Origin: Mobula hypostoma
Taxonomy: Eukaryota
DNA: 64,000 bases
Direction: 5' to 3'
NCBI RefSeq assembly: GCF_963921235.1
Contig: NC_086109.1
Location: 23,252,001-23,316,000, forward strand
In this document: piece after piece, positions 39,926 through 54,947 of the stretch
Layout of the letters: every line of letters starts with the position of its first letter
How positions within the stretch are numbered: position 1 is the first letter of the stretch
Notes under the pieces: model-generated
The model's database searches: none
What the model was told of the DNA's origin: nothing
The model's input: the letters and a program-made list of their open reading frames with translations, nothing else
Position numbers and translations under genes: made by a program

Positions 39926-40956
39926 CTCATAGCTTGAGGAATTCAGGTTTGAGTCTGATGTTGGGCGCTGTTTGTATGTCCCCCTCCATCCACTTACCTG
40001 ATAGAAGGTGAATTCCTTAAACTTTTTGGTAGTGGCTCAGTAAGCATCAAATCCTTGATCAAAACTGAAAGAGACTCAATCTTTCCTTTAATGTCACCTA
40101 TAGTGCTCTAATCCAGCACCATGGGCTTTCTAACTGTGGTGGATTTTTATACATGATGTCAATGGTCATAAAACATCATTGAATGTGACAACTGGCATCA
40201 TGCTACATGCATTTCCAAGTATCTATAATATCTTTGGCCTATGATAATTTGCTCAGACTTAAATAGCATCGAAGCATATAATTATAGGCAATATAAGGCA
40301 ATCAATCAAAGCTAGTTGAAGAGACACAAGTTAATTATCAGTTTAGTGAGGACTATGGAAGGGAAGCAAAAGAATGGTAGGTATGCATGGTGAGAAATAC
40401 TTGTGAATTGTCTATATAAAATGCCCGACGACATGATAGCAATTACCTCTTGCACCATGCAAGGGCTCATGTAATGCCAGGAAAGCATCATTTCTACTAT
40501 GGAAGCGAAACACAGCTGCGGGAGTCACCGTTAACACTCCAACAACACAGCATTAACGTATCATGTTTCTGGCTGCATGGTGGTACAAGCTGACATCGAT
40601 CAAAGTACTTGTGTTATCGTGGAGTTTCAGGTCAAGTCTATTCATTTCTTTGCTAATAGTAAGCTAACAGTTGATTGATTTTCAGCATGAGCAGATTGTT
40701 GTTTTGAGGGAAGAGATGGATGCCATGCTCAATATTTGAAGTTGGCAGGATTCTAGAGGCTATTATGGAATTTGTAATCTGGATAACAGCAGTCCCAAGC
40801 CTATAAGAGACCCAGTGGCACCGTTTGGTTTGAAAATCCTCTCTTTCCTCACAGGCCTCTAAAAGATGACAGGAAACTCTGACTGCTTTAATGTGAATGA
40901 ATTATATGAATGCTAAGGACAAGAACCTGAATACTGCGACAAGAACCTGAATACTG

Positions 40957-41116
40957 AAGCAATACACAGAAAATGCTGGAGGAATTCTGCAGGCCAGGCA
41001 GCATCTATGGAAAAGAGTACTCTTTTCCATAGAGGCTGCCTGGCCTGCTGAGTTCCTCAAGCATTTTGTGTGTATTGCTTAGATTTCCAGCATCTGCAGA
41101 TTTTCCCTTGTTTGTG
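40957..41116. mobile_element. Loop-less palindrome built from two Penelope-like 3' ends
   Basis: 62-nt arms (40957-41018 and 41019-41080) centred on GAAAAGAGT|ACTCTTTTC, then an unpaired ~35-nt tail. Confidence 0.8.
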
Positions 41117-41860
41117 ACCGAACACTGAAGGAGTGGGTTCTGTAATTAATGAAGAGCTCCAGGTTCTGAAAGGGAATCCAAGGAATCTGTTACAGCCTGA
41201 ACTTCAGGGAAGCTGCAATGCTGGAAAATACACATTCTGTTTCACTTTAGTAGAAAGGCCACATTTTCATGCGTATAAAGAAGTGTAGCAATATCAATAG
41301 TGCTACAACGTAACATTGTAAAGAATTTCCACGTTCCGAAATAGTCACTGGAGTCAGTAGTAGGCTTAAAGGCGATGGGGGTACATTTCAGAGACAATAA
41401 AGAGGCAGAGGCATTCTCTCAACTAGACAGTAATGTCAGAAATTACTGAATTTTACCTGCATTGTTAAAAGAACATTACACAAGGACTGAGATCATCAGA
41501 TGCATGGCTTGCACCAGAACTACATCACAAGTATGTGTGTGTTTTAAGGAAGTGCTGGGTTAAATTCCTGAAAATGGTCCTTATTGCATTTCACTCCAGG
41601 AAATGTTGTCAATTGCCAAAAAGTAGCAAAGCACAATAAAAGCAACTTACATTGTGAACCTAATAATCTGCAAGTGTTTGCAATGAAAACCTATAACACT
41701 AGATCTACTCACTTCCTTACGTGGACACTTGTATCTACTGGATATTGTGACCACAAGTTCAGCTTTTCAGTTACATCCAATCCAAATATGAAGTGAAGAG
41801 AAACAAGAAACATTTATAATGTATGCCACAGGACAAGAATCCTGAGCAAAAGAAAGCAGA

Positions 41861-42078
41861 GCAACACACATCAAAGTTGCTGGTGAACGCAGCAGGCCAG
41901 GCAGCATCTCTAGGAAGAGGTACAGTTGACGTTTCAGGCCGAGGGGTCCTGACGAAGGGTCTCGGCCTGAAACGTTGACTGTACCTCTTCCTAGAGATGC
42001 TGCCTGGCCTGCTGCGTTCACCAGCAACTTTGATGTGTGTTGCTTGAATTTCCAGCATCTGCAGAATTCCTCTTGTTT
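41861..42078. mobile_element. 218-bp Penelope-derived hairpin insertion with a 15-bp TSD
   Basis: 84-nt inverted arms (41860-41943 and 41961-42044, 2 mismatches) with a 17-nt loop and 34-nt tail. TSD GCAAAAGAAAGCAGA at 41846-41860 and 42079-42093. Confidence 0.9.
41945..41980 (+). ncRNA. Minimal hammerhead ribozyme motif with intact core boxes
   Basis: GGTC-CTGACGA-AGGGTCTCGGCCT-GAAA-C-GTT-GACT. CUGANGA and GAAA are intact; the cleavage triplet is GUU instead of GUC. Confidence 0.7.
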
Positions 42079-42452
42079 GCAAAAGAAAGCAGATCCACTT
42101 TCTTTTGACCTTGATCCCAATCAGTCCTTCACTGTAACAAATACGAGAAATCACTACTGACTAATGTTGCATTAGGTCAGCCATAGCAACCCCTTGCTTA
42201 TAACAGAGTGGTTTCAACAGTGAGAAGTAAATCACATATTTGCCCTTCAAACCCTTTGCAGCTTCTATAAAACTCAAGTGCTGATTGTAACGGAATGCTT
42301 ATCTGCATATACTTACCTATTAGAATATGTGAACAATCATAGCTATTCTTCAGGTGGTAATATATAAGGTAAAATGGCATATGATACCTTATATTGTATC
42401 ACCAACCACATGCTTTGTAACTCAAGAGCAGTTTCTATCCCACTTTTATCAT

Positions 42453-42870
42453 TGTCGTGGCTATCCCTCGAGGTTGAGGATGATGGTCTTCGTTCTGAAG
42501 AAGTGGCCCACAGAGTGAAGACACCCATGCATATATTTGTTTAACATATACCTGATGTTGCACTCCAAGAAGCACACGATACTTCACAAATCAACCAACT
42601 GATTCCAATGGCATGGAAACCACGACGATTGGAGCTGATGGATTTGTTGCAGCCTTCATCCGCCTTCACAGCCGTTGAGTTCATAGTAACTTCGTCCACC
42701 TGTTCCACCGTTGAGGTCTTGGTTGGATTGTTCTTTGTCAGGGACCTCACCCTCGACCTTACCGCCATGGGTGACACTACCAGGAGCATAGCTCCAGACT
42801 GCATTGCTCTCGGGATCACAGGACCATACAAGTTTCTCCACCACGACAAGGTGACAATCCACGGAGAAGA
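42453..42870 (-). mobile_element. Short non-autonomous RTE-derived (bipartite) retroelement
   Basis: 5' end CTTCTCCGTGGATTGTCACCTTGTCGTGGTGGAGAA resembles RTE/BovB/Rex3 5' UTRs. 3' end ...GCCACGACAATGAT. Flanks CTTTTATCAT / CTATTATCAT match at 9/10. Confidence 0.7.
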
Positions 42871-43496
42871 CTATTATCATACTCTTAACTGGACCAGTCA
42901 TATGCAAAAAGGTGAACTCTTTATCTCTCAATCTCTCATTTGACCCCATAGTGGCCCTTGCACTTTATTTGTCTAGCTACACTGTATTTTCTCTGTAGAT
43001 GCAACAACACTATTTCGCTGAGCACTTCTGCTCCATTTGCCAAAAGCGGAACTTCCCGGTGGCCAAACATTTTAATTCCAATTCCCACTCGCACATGTAT
43101 TCCCTAGAATGAGTGGGGAGCTCTTGGAAACATCCTGTATGTTAAAAGGCCTGAACAGATTAGATATGGCAAAGTTATTTCCCATGGTAGGGGAGTCTAG
43201 GACAAGAGGGCACGACTTCAGGATTGCAGGACGTCCATTTAGAACAGAGATGCGGAGAAACTACTTTAGTCAGAGGTGGTAAATCTGTGGAATTTGTTGC
43301 CATGAGCGGCTGTGGAGGCCAAGTTATTTGGCGTATTTAAGGCAGAGATAGATAGGTTCTTGATTAGCCAGGGCATCAAAGGGTATGGGGAGAAGGCAGG
43401 GGCAGGGGAGTGGAGATGACTGGAAGAATTGGATCAGCCCATGAAAGAATGGCGGAGCAGACTCAATGGGCCAAATGGCCCACTTCTGGTCCTATA

Positions 43497-43604
43497 TGTC
43501 AGTATGCCGGAGCAGGGATCCAATCGCAGACCCAGTACTTTGCACACAGCGATATTAATTGCATAACAAATCGCATGGCACAAACGAAGTCTGCATCAAA
43601 GTTC

Positions 43605-43680
<76 letters not shown>

Positions 43681-43953
43681 TCAGGAAAATTCACTAGCAG
43701 AATTTAGCAACAAACAGGTGAAAACACAGGACTGAAATACACTGAGCAATAAACAGAGAGGCAGGTGATAGGTGGAGCACAATGAGACAGAAGTGGCAGC
43801 AAAACAGATAATAATGAGAAACAGGTGAGAGGCAGAGTACTCAGTAATACAGGGGCTGGAGTAGGGCAGGAGCACATGGCAATACAAAACCACAGACTGA
43901 TGGCTAGGGGGAAAACACACAAAAAAGACAAAATTGAACTTGAGGTACTGACA
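43497..43953 (-). mobile_element. Solo-LTR-like element (Gypsy-type) containing a microsatellite
   Basis: TG...CA ends with a perfect 8-bp inverted terminus TGTCAGTA / TACTGACA and repeated CACCTG on the minus strand. No clean TSD. Confidence 0.55.
43604..43680. repeat. (GACA)n microsatellite, about 19 units
   Basis: Read directly from the sequence. Confidence 0.98.
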
Positions 43954-44507
43954 TTATGTCAGTCCATGGCCTCCTCTTATGCCAAGATGAGGCCACCCTC
44001 AGGGAGGAGGAGCAATATCTTATATCCATCTGGGTAGCCTCCAATGTGATGGCATGAATATTGATTTTTCCTTCCGGTAAAAAAATTCTCTCCCCTCCCC
44101 TCTTCTTCTATCCCCTGCCAACTCAGGCCTCTTACCTCATCTCACCTGCCTATCATTTTCCCCTGGGTCCCCTCCTCCTGTGGTCCACTCTCCTCTCCTA
44201 TCAGATTCTCTCCTCTCCAGCTCTTTACCTTTCCCACCCACCTGGCTTCACCTATCACCTTCTAGCTATCCTCCTTCCCCTCCCCATCCTTTTTTATTCT
44301 GACATCTTTCCCCCTTGCTTTCCAGTACTGAAGAAGTTTCTGTTTCTGAAATGTTGACTCCCTTCATTGCTGCCTGACCTGCTGAGTTTCTCCAGCATTT
44401 TGTATGTATTGCTTTGGATTTCCAGCATCTACAGACTTTCACCTGTCCATGAACACTATTCCGCAGTTTGTCTTTCTTTTTATTTGATTCACTTACACCT
44501 ATCTGGA

Positions 44508-45070
44508 TAAGACCATAAGATATAGAGCAGAATTAGGCCATTTGGCCCATCAAGTCTGCTCTGCCATTTCATCGTGGCTGATCTATTTCTCCTCTCAGCC
44601 CCAATCTCTTGCCTTCTCACCATATCCCTTCATATCCTGACCAAGCAATTAAGAATATATCAATCTCTGCCTTAAATATACATAAAAACTTGGCTTCCAC
44701 AGCTGCCCGTGGTGAAGAATTCCAGATTTACCAGTCTCTGGCTAAAGAAATTCCTCCTCATCTCTGTTCTAAAACGATGCCCCTCTATTCTAAGACTGTG
44801 TCCTCTGGACTCTCACACCCCAGGAAACACCCTCTCCACATTCACTCTTATCAAGGCATTTCACCATTCGATAGGTTTCAATGAGGTTACCCTTCATTCT
44901 TCTGCATTCTAGTGAATACAGGCCCAGCGCCACCAAACGCTCTTCATATGACAAGCTGTTTAATCCTGGAATCATTTTTGTGAACGTCCTTTGAACCCTC
45001 TCCAGTTTCAGCCATCCTTTCTCAGATAAGGGGCCCTGAAATGCTCTCAATACACCAGGTGAGCCTTCTC
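44508..45070 (-). mobile_element. CR1 3' fragment
   Basis: ORF 44790..45050 LERVQRTFTKMIPGL..LSYEERL..LGLYSLE, with a (TCTTATGG)-type tail. Confidence 0.8.
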
Positions 45071-45763
45071 CGGATGACTCACAAACAAAAGCTTTTCACT
45101 GTAGATTGGTACATGCGACAATAATATACCAGAACCAATATTTCATTGTTGCAAGCTGCTCTCATTTTTCGCCCCTAGACACTCAATTGCAACCAACAAG
45201 CTCCGTTGCCTGTCCTCAGCTGGCATCGACGCCATAAATATGATTTAACCCAGTCTTGGTCCTTTCACAGGCTTCCTCTTTGTTCTTTCCAACTTAAATC
45301 ATGCCGACTTCCAACTTTTCATAGTTCTGACTAAATGTGTTCAAACTGAAACATTCAAGTGTGTTTCTTTTTCCACAGCTGCTGCCCAAAAGTACAGAGT
45401 GTTTTCTAGCTTTTCCCAAGAATTTCAGACCTCGCATATGTTACTTGGTGAAAGAACCTTTTGGGAGAAAAGATATGAAATGACAGAAATATTTGCTGTA
45501 CAGATTGAGAATTCATTCACCATTGATTCTACAGCAGTCAGTCATTTATTTCAGCATTTGCTCTTTATGTTATCAGTTATTCAGCGCTTTAAATTTACAC
45601 GAAATTAAAATCTGTTCTATTAACAGAGAATAATTTTTAAATGATAGTTTTCAGCCTGGAACCTAGCAGAATTATTACAGTTACTCGCACTGCAAATATA
45701 ACAGTTTCCACAACGCCCCAGCCAGAGGCAGATGCACAATTTTCACACCGGACCGTTTAATCG

Positions 45764-45890
45764 GCCGTTGTCTAGGCAACGGCTCTCTCTTTAACGAGAA
45801 AAGAGCACTGTATTTAAATCATCCGCCTGAACCAATCGTACCTTAAGCTTATTACAACCAATGGGAAACGAGCTCCGGAATTTGAATGCC
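45764..45890 (+). promoter_or_regulatory. FAM72 core promoter: RFX X-box, two CCAAT boxes, CHR element
   Basis: GTTGTCTAGGCAAC (45767-45780) within the near-palindrome GCCGTTGTCTAGGCAACGGC. CCAAT at 45832-45836 and 45858-45862. TTTGAA at 45881-45886. CpG-rich context, followed by a strong donor AAG|GTGAGT at 45918/45919. Confidence 0.7.
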
Positions 45891-45918
45891 GATGAACGTT
45901 CTAGTGTCAACTGTCAAG
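45887..45918 (+). other. FAM72A: Probable non-coding first exon of FAM72 (5' end approximate)
   Basis: Lies just downstream of the CHR and ends in AAG|GTGAGT. A matching acceptor (poly-T tract plus AAGTAG, 47062-47084) sits 27-30 nt upstream of the ATG. Confidence 0.55.
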
Positions 45919-47093
45919 GTGAGTGGGCGGAGCCCAGGAGACAAGCACGTCAGTCAGCGACAGAGCCGGCTTGGAGACCCCGGGGTACAGGAGATCGAGG
46001 GTACGGCCACCGCAGACTGGGAGACCGGAGGGTACGGGCAGAGGATGCAAACAGAGAAACCGAGGGGACCAGCTTGAACGGACCCCAGGGTGCAGACCTG
46101 AAGAGACCCCAGGGTGCAGTCAAAGGGATCGAGCTTGCAGTCTCGGATACGGAGGAGCAGGTGCATAGAAATGAAGAAATGATTTGGCAGATATTCCAGA
46201 GAATCAAAGGTGCACGATTGCAGTGCATTTTTTTGGATGCAAACAATACCCCGCAGAATGCACCAGGATAGTGTGAGAGAGGTGGATTCAGAAGTAGTTG
46301 TTGTGAGATACAGAGATAGGAAAGGTGCACACTAAACTGAATGAAAGAAATGGTAGACCACGGGAATTAGATGTTATATACTGAGAAATAAATAGCAGGA
46401 AAAATAGGCACACACAGAGTTGCTGGACAGGCGGTGGATTCGGGGGGGGGGGGGTTTATAAAGTTATGGCCTTAAGTCATTAAAAAAATAAACTTGACAT
46501 GATTCCTGAGAAACTGTAAAGTATCTTGCTTCGTGCTAATGCATGGAAGAGATAATATTCTAAGATATTCGTCAGGACAGGAAAGACATCTACCTACAAA
46601 GCATATACTGGTGGGGGCAATGAGAGAAGTACAGAGAAACACTGGAGTGCAGGTTAGATACTGAATGTTAGACACATCGCCGTGAACACAAGGGTGGAGG
46701 TAAAGGCTTTTCTTGCAGATCCCAGTTGGGAACATGAGGACCAGAAAACAGCATGTGAGAACGCTATGATTTAAGATAGTGAATGGAGAAGTATGGTGGA
46801 AGTGAATGGAGCGTACAATTCGCGAGATTCCTATGTTGCTACAAGGGAAAGCAACGGTACTAACTTTATGCAAATCAAAGCAAAAGATTCTTGTTAAAGA
46901 ACTCAGGCTGGGTGAACACCCTCAAATACAGGAAATACCGGGTGTGTTCGGTTTGTTCCAGAACGAACGGTATTAATCCTTCACATTGTGCAATGATAAA
47001 GAATAATTAGTGATCAGGTTTGGTAACCCGTGGGAGAAAGGGGAGACAAATATTGAAAATATTTTGTTTTTTTTTTAAAAGTAGGTCTAATAA

Positions 47094-47258
<165 letters not shown>

Positions 47259-47549
47259 TAAGGATCGGCGATGACTTGTTTTGTTGTGTCATGTGATTTT
47301 CAGTCCTTGTATTTTAATTACTTTTGAATGAAAGTGATCTTCCTGCCACGGGGTGTAGATAAGAAATAGCTTAGAAACTTTTAAAGGTCAGCGAGATAAT
47401 TACGTGTTAGTGGAAGGAAGTGATTCTCTGACAGTCGGATGAAGTCTTGTGTAGCGTAAATGAAAACATAGACTGCTCTAAACTCTGTAATGACGCACTC
47501 CTTATGCTAAAGAATTTGATCAGCATTGATTAGGAGTTTACAAACCATA

Positions 47550-50999
<3,450 letters not shown>

Positions 51000-52124
51000 T
51001 AGTCTTTCACTCTCGTTTGTTGCAGGAGCAATATCTCTCTTCCTTGCTAGTGAGAGAGAGCACGTCTGAGATGTCAAAGTGTTGGGATGAACAGTAGTTT
51101 TTATATTGACGTCTAGAGATCATGGTCTCTTTGAGGGTTTTGTTATTGCTTGGGGGGGAGGTGGTTGATGTTTTCACTGGTGCAAGTGGGGAGGGGAGAG
51201 GGCTGATGCTTTTGCTGCTCTTTGTGTGTGCGTGGGGGGTACTTTAGGGTTCTAACGTTTCTGTTATTTATTCTTTGTTTTTTTTTCTGTGGATGTCTGT
51301 GAAGAGTAAGAATTTCACGTTGTATACTGTATATATTCTCTGATATTAAATTGAACCATTGAAGTATGTAAACTACCACCAAGAAGGAGAAGGGAACACC
51401 ACCTCATATAGATTCCCCTCCACACTATACACCATCCTGACTTCGAAATATATTGCAACTCCTTCTAAATCTACATCCTGGAACTCTCTCCTGGAAAACC
51501 TTTGCCAGAAGGACTGTATGTTTAAAGAGGTGATAACACCATCTTCTCAATGGGGAAAAAAGGAATGAGCAGTAAATGTTGTTCTTCCCAACAATATTAA
51601 GACCCTGAAAAATGAATTAATATACACAATGTGTAATTTTTTTTATAATCCATGCTTCCTCACCTGCCTGTGCCCTCAAATAACTGAAAGATAAATGTGT
51701 AAAGAGTTTTTACCATTGGTAGTAACTGTTAGTCCATTGGGGTGTTGCATTAATCAAATACCACTTTCATTTACTTTAAAGAGTAGAGAGCCTCTGTACA
51801 TTTTATGAGTCAGAACTGCATGTTAATTCACCACTGTACTGCCCAGAATCTTCCTGGTGTTACAACAATGACAGGAACTTATACAAGGTCTTTTAAATAC
51901 AGTTAAAGAAGGTAAAACATTTTACTGAAACATAGAATACAAATATGACACCCATTTCACATCTGGCACCTTAGTGTCAAAGGGTGGGGAAGAAATTGTT
52001 TCTCTCATTTGAGCTGCTGTTTTGAGTGTGACACCTGGGAGTATATTTTCTCATTTGTGAGTGCAGATGACATTGGGAGATTTTGGAGATAAAATTGCGA
52101 TATTAAATGTTATTTTAAGTGCAG

Positions 52125-53562
52125 TACCTGCCACAAGCGGGACTTCCCAGTGGCCAAACATTTTAATTCCCATTCCTATTCCTGTTCTGATGTGTCGGTC
52201 CATGGCGCTTCCTCTTGTGCCAAGACAAGGCTTTCCTCGGTGAAGGAGCAACACCTTGTATTCCATCTCGACACCCTTCAACCTGATGCAATGAATATCG
52301 ATTTCTTCTTCCAGTAACCAAATTCCCCTCCTCCCCTCACTCTGAACTTCTACTTCTCTCCTGCCTATCACCTCCTCCTGGGTCCCCTCCTCCTTCCCTT
52401 TCTCCTATGGTCCAATCTCCTCTCCTATCAGACTCTTCTTTCTCCTGCTCTTTCCCCTCCCCCCACTGCTTTATTCTGGCATTTTCCTCCTTCCTTCTCA
52501 GTCCTGAGGAAGGGTTTCGACCTGAAACATTGAATGTTTATTCATTTCCATAGATGCTGCCTGACCTGAAAGGTTCCTCCAGCACTTTGTGGATGTTAGT
52601 ATATTAAATGTAATTGGTTATTATCTTGCCATATTGAACTAAACAAAGCATGATGCATAATATTTCACAAAATAAACTGAATATACTTTCTGAAATTACT
52701 GATCTACCCGTTTCTGAGATTATAGAAGTCCAGGATATAATGCGATCCTTTTGAATCAGGAGCAACAGAGTTAAAGTTGAGAACTCAGCAGGTCAGGCAG
52801 TACCTCTGGCGGGAAATAAGCAGTCATTGTTTTGGGTTGATACCCTTCATCTAGATGGAAAGGTAGAATGATTGAAGGGTTCGAGCAGGACCTAACAGAT
52901 GTTATGATAGGCAGGTATCCAGGTGAGGAAGGGGGATAGGCCTGTAGAAGAGTGGGGAACAGAAAGAAAAGCTCAAAGGTTGTAGGTGGAAGTGAATGAA
53001 GACAATGGAATCCGACAGGAGAGTGAAGATGGAGCATGGAATTAAGGGATGGAGGGAGGTGCGGAGTATGGGTAGGAGTAGTGCAGTGAGAGAACCGGGG
53101 GGAGGGGAACAAATGGAGAGTGTAGAGGAATGCTGATGGAGGCTTGGTGGATCAATAGAGGTCTCCAGATGCCAGCATCTACAGCTTCTTGTGGACTCAT
53201 GTTGAACCAGCTTGGTTCAGCAGAAAATAGAACATTGTGACCCAAGTTTAATATTTATTTTGCCTGATCACTAGTTTCTCCTCAATACTATGACAAAATC
53301 AAAAATGTCCAGATGCTGTACATCTAGAATTTTTTTTAAAAAAAGCAGAAAACATTAGAAACAGCCACAGGTTAGTATAACCTTTTGTCAGAACTGGGAA
53401 AGAGTGACAAACAAGTTGGTTTTGCACGGTAAAGTATATGGTGGGAGAGGAGGTTGGGTAGATGGGATAATGAACATCTGGTGACAGGTCAAAGCCAATG
53501 TTAACCTCACTGGTTATAGAAGTCCAATGGTCGGTCGATTGATTGAGGCAGATAGAGAGTTA

Positions 53563-53617
<55 letters not shown>

Positions 53618-54110
53618 TATATTAAGGGGCTGCTCCTTAAGTTTGTTTTGAACCTTGCTATGGGAACTTGCATAGGCCCGAGCTACACAGTCGTTCCATG
53701 GGATATGTGAAACAGTGGGTCCCTTCTCTCCGCTTTTTGAGTATATCGATAACTGCATTAATGCAGCTCCCTATGACATACGCAGAACTCAAGAATCTCA
53801 TTACCTTTGTTTCCAATATCTACCCTTCTGTCACCTTCACATAGTCCATCTCTGACACTACCCTTTCTAGATCTCTCTATCTCCAGCTATAACATCATTG
53901 CAAACTTATCTCCCACAGCCATCCTTCTTCCTTCCGGGCTTCTGTAAGGACTCCATTCTTTCCCCAGTCACTCTGCCCCTATTGTATTCGCTCCAGTGAT
54001 GAGAGTCTCCACACAGGTGACTGAAGTGCTTTCCTTCTTATTGGGCCATTTCTGTTATCAGGCAAACATCTGTGATATTGGTTCAGTTTTATTTTGTCTC
54101 CATTAGCAGA
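52125..54110. mobile_element. Cluster of Penelope-like fragments in both orientations
   Basis: 52125-52600 plus (CCCAGTGGCCAAACATTTTAATTCC; hammerhead-like CTGAGGA...GAAAC at 52504-52528). 52770-53200 is a minus-strand tail. Older pieces extend to about 54110. Confidence 0.6.
53565..53622. repeat. (TA)n microsatellite
   Basis: Read directly from the sequence. Confidence 0.98.
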
Positions 54111-54851
54111 ACCTGTGTTTTTGTAGCATTTTATGTTTTGTCTTATTTCTTTCCCATTAATCCACTAACTAGAGGATATGTTTAGTTACGGGTTGGGTGT
54201 CCTCCAAAACATATTTTTGTGGTAACTGTGAATTCACCTTGTCACATTCATTCCTTCAAACCATTATCACACATCCATTCCACCTCTGTAACTTGAAGCA
54301 AACAGTTTTTATCTCTTCCTCAGTTCAGAAGAGGGATGTTAGACTTGGAACTTTAAACCCGCTTCTCTTTCCACACAAACTTTCTGACCTGCTCGGACAT
54401 ATTCTATTTTATCAAAATATTGTGTATCTTTCGATGCAGAATTCCCACATAGGGTGTTTGTACTATTGCCAAAATAATGACTCCTAGTTTTTCCTCCTCT
54501 CCTCACTGGATGTGTTTCCATTTACATCTGCAATCGTTGGCTTCTATCCAAACCAGCTTTTCTTTGTATAAGCCTCAAAATGAGTGCTGGTTTTCTGAAC
54601 TTAAAGCTACTAAGTTAGAGCTGGTTATGCCTATTGTCAACTCACAAGAAAATACGTTCACGTCTACTGTTGCTCGTTACTTGATAATCTTGTGAACAGT
54701 CAGTAAGGATACTTGTACTGTTATCCCGGCTGATACAATTTAAATACTTCAAAGCTGATAACCATAGCATTGCACACTGGTGTAAATGACTATAGACATG
54801 TTGGACATGTCCCGCTGAGTGATAGGCATTGCAGCTGTTACTTCATGCTGA

Positions 54852-54947
<96 letters not shown>

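Larger units (their letters stand above)
43010..44440 (+). mobile_element. Penelope-like 3' fragment (43010-43095 and 43954-44440) interrupted by a CR1 3' fragment (about 43100-43496) and an LTR-like element
   Basis: TTTCGCTGAGCACTT...CCCACTCGCACATGT resumes as ATGTCAGTCCATGGCCTCCTC. The intervening DNA has CR1 C-terminal sequence. Confidence 0.65.

Noticed and set aside
40918..42093. Repeat-spacer-like or CRISPR-like reading of the repeats
   Set aside because: Eukaryotic context; the repeats are inverted retroelement ends, not regularly spaced direct repeats.
43410..43697. ORF with RQTD repeats
   Set aside because: Translation of the (GACA)n microsatellite.
45861..46330. Cluster of overlapping ORFs (136, 126 and 81 aa) and a 15-bp direct repeat GACCCCAGGGTGCAG
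   Set aside because: GC-rich promoter/first-intron DNA is poor in stop codons. No recognisable protein, and the 136-aa ORF crosses the donor at 45918.
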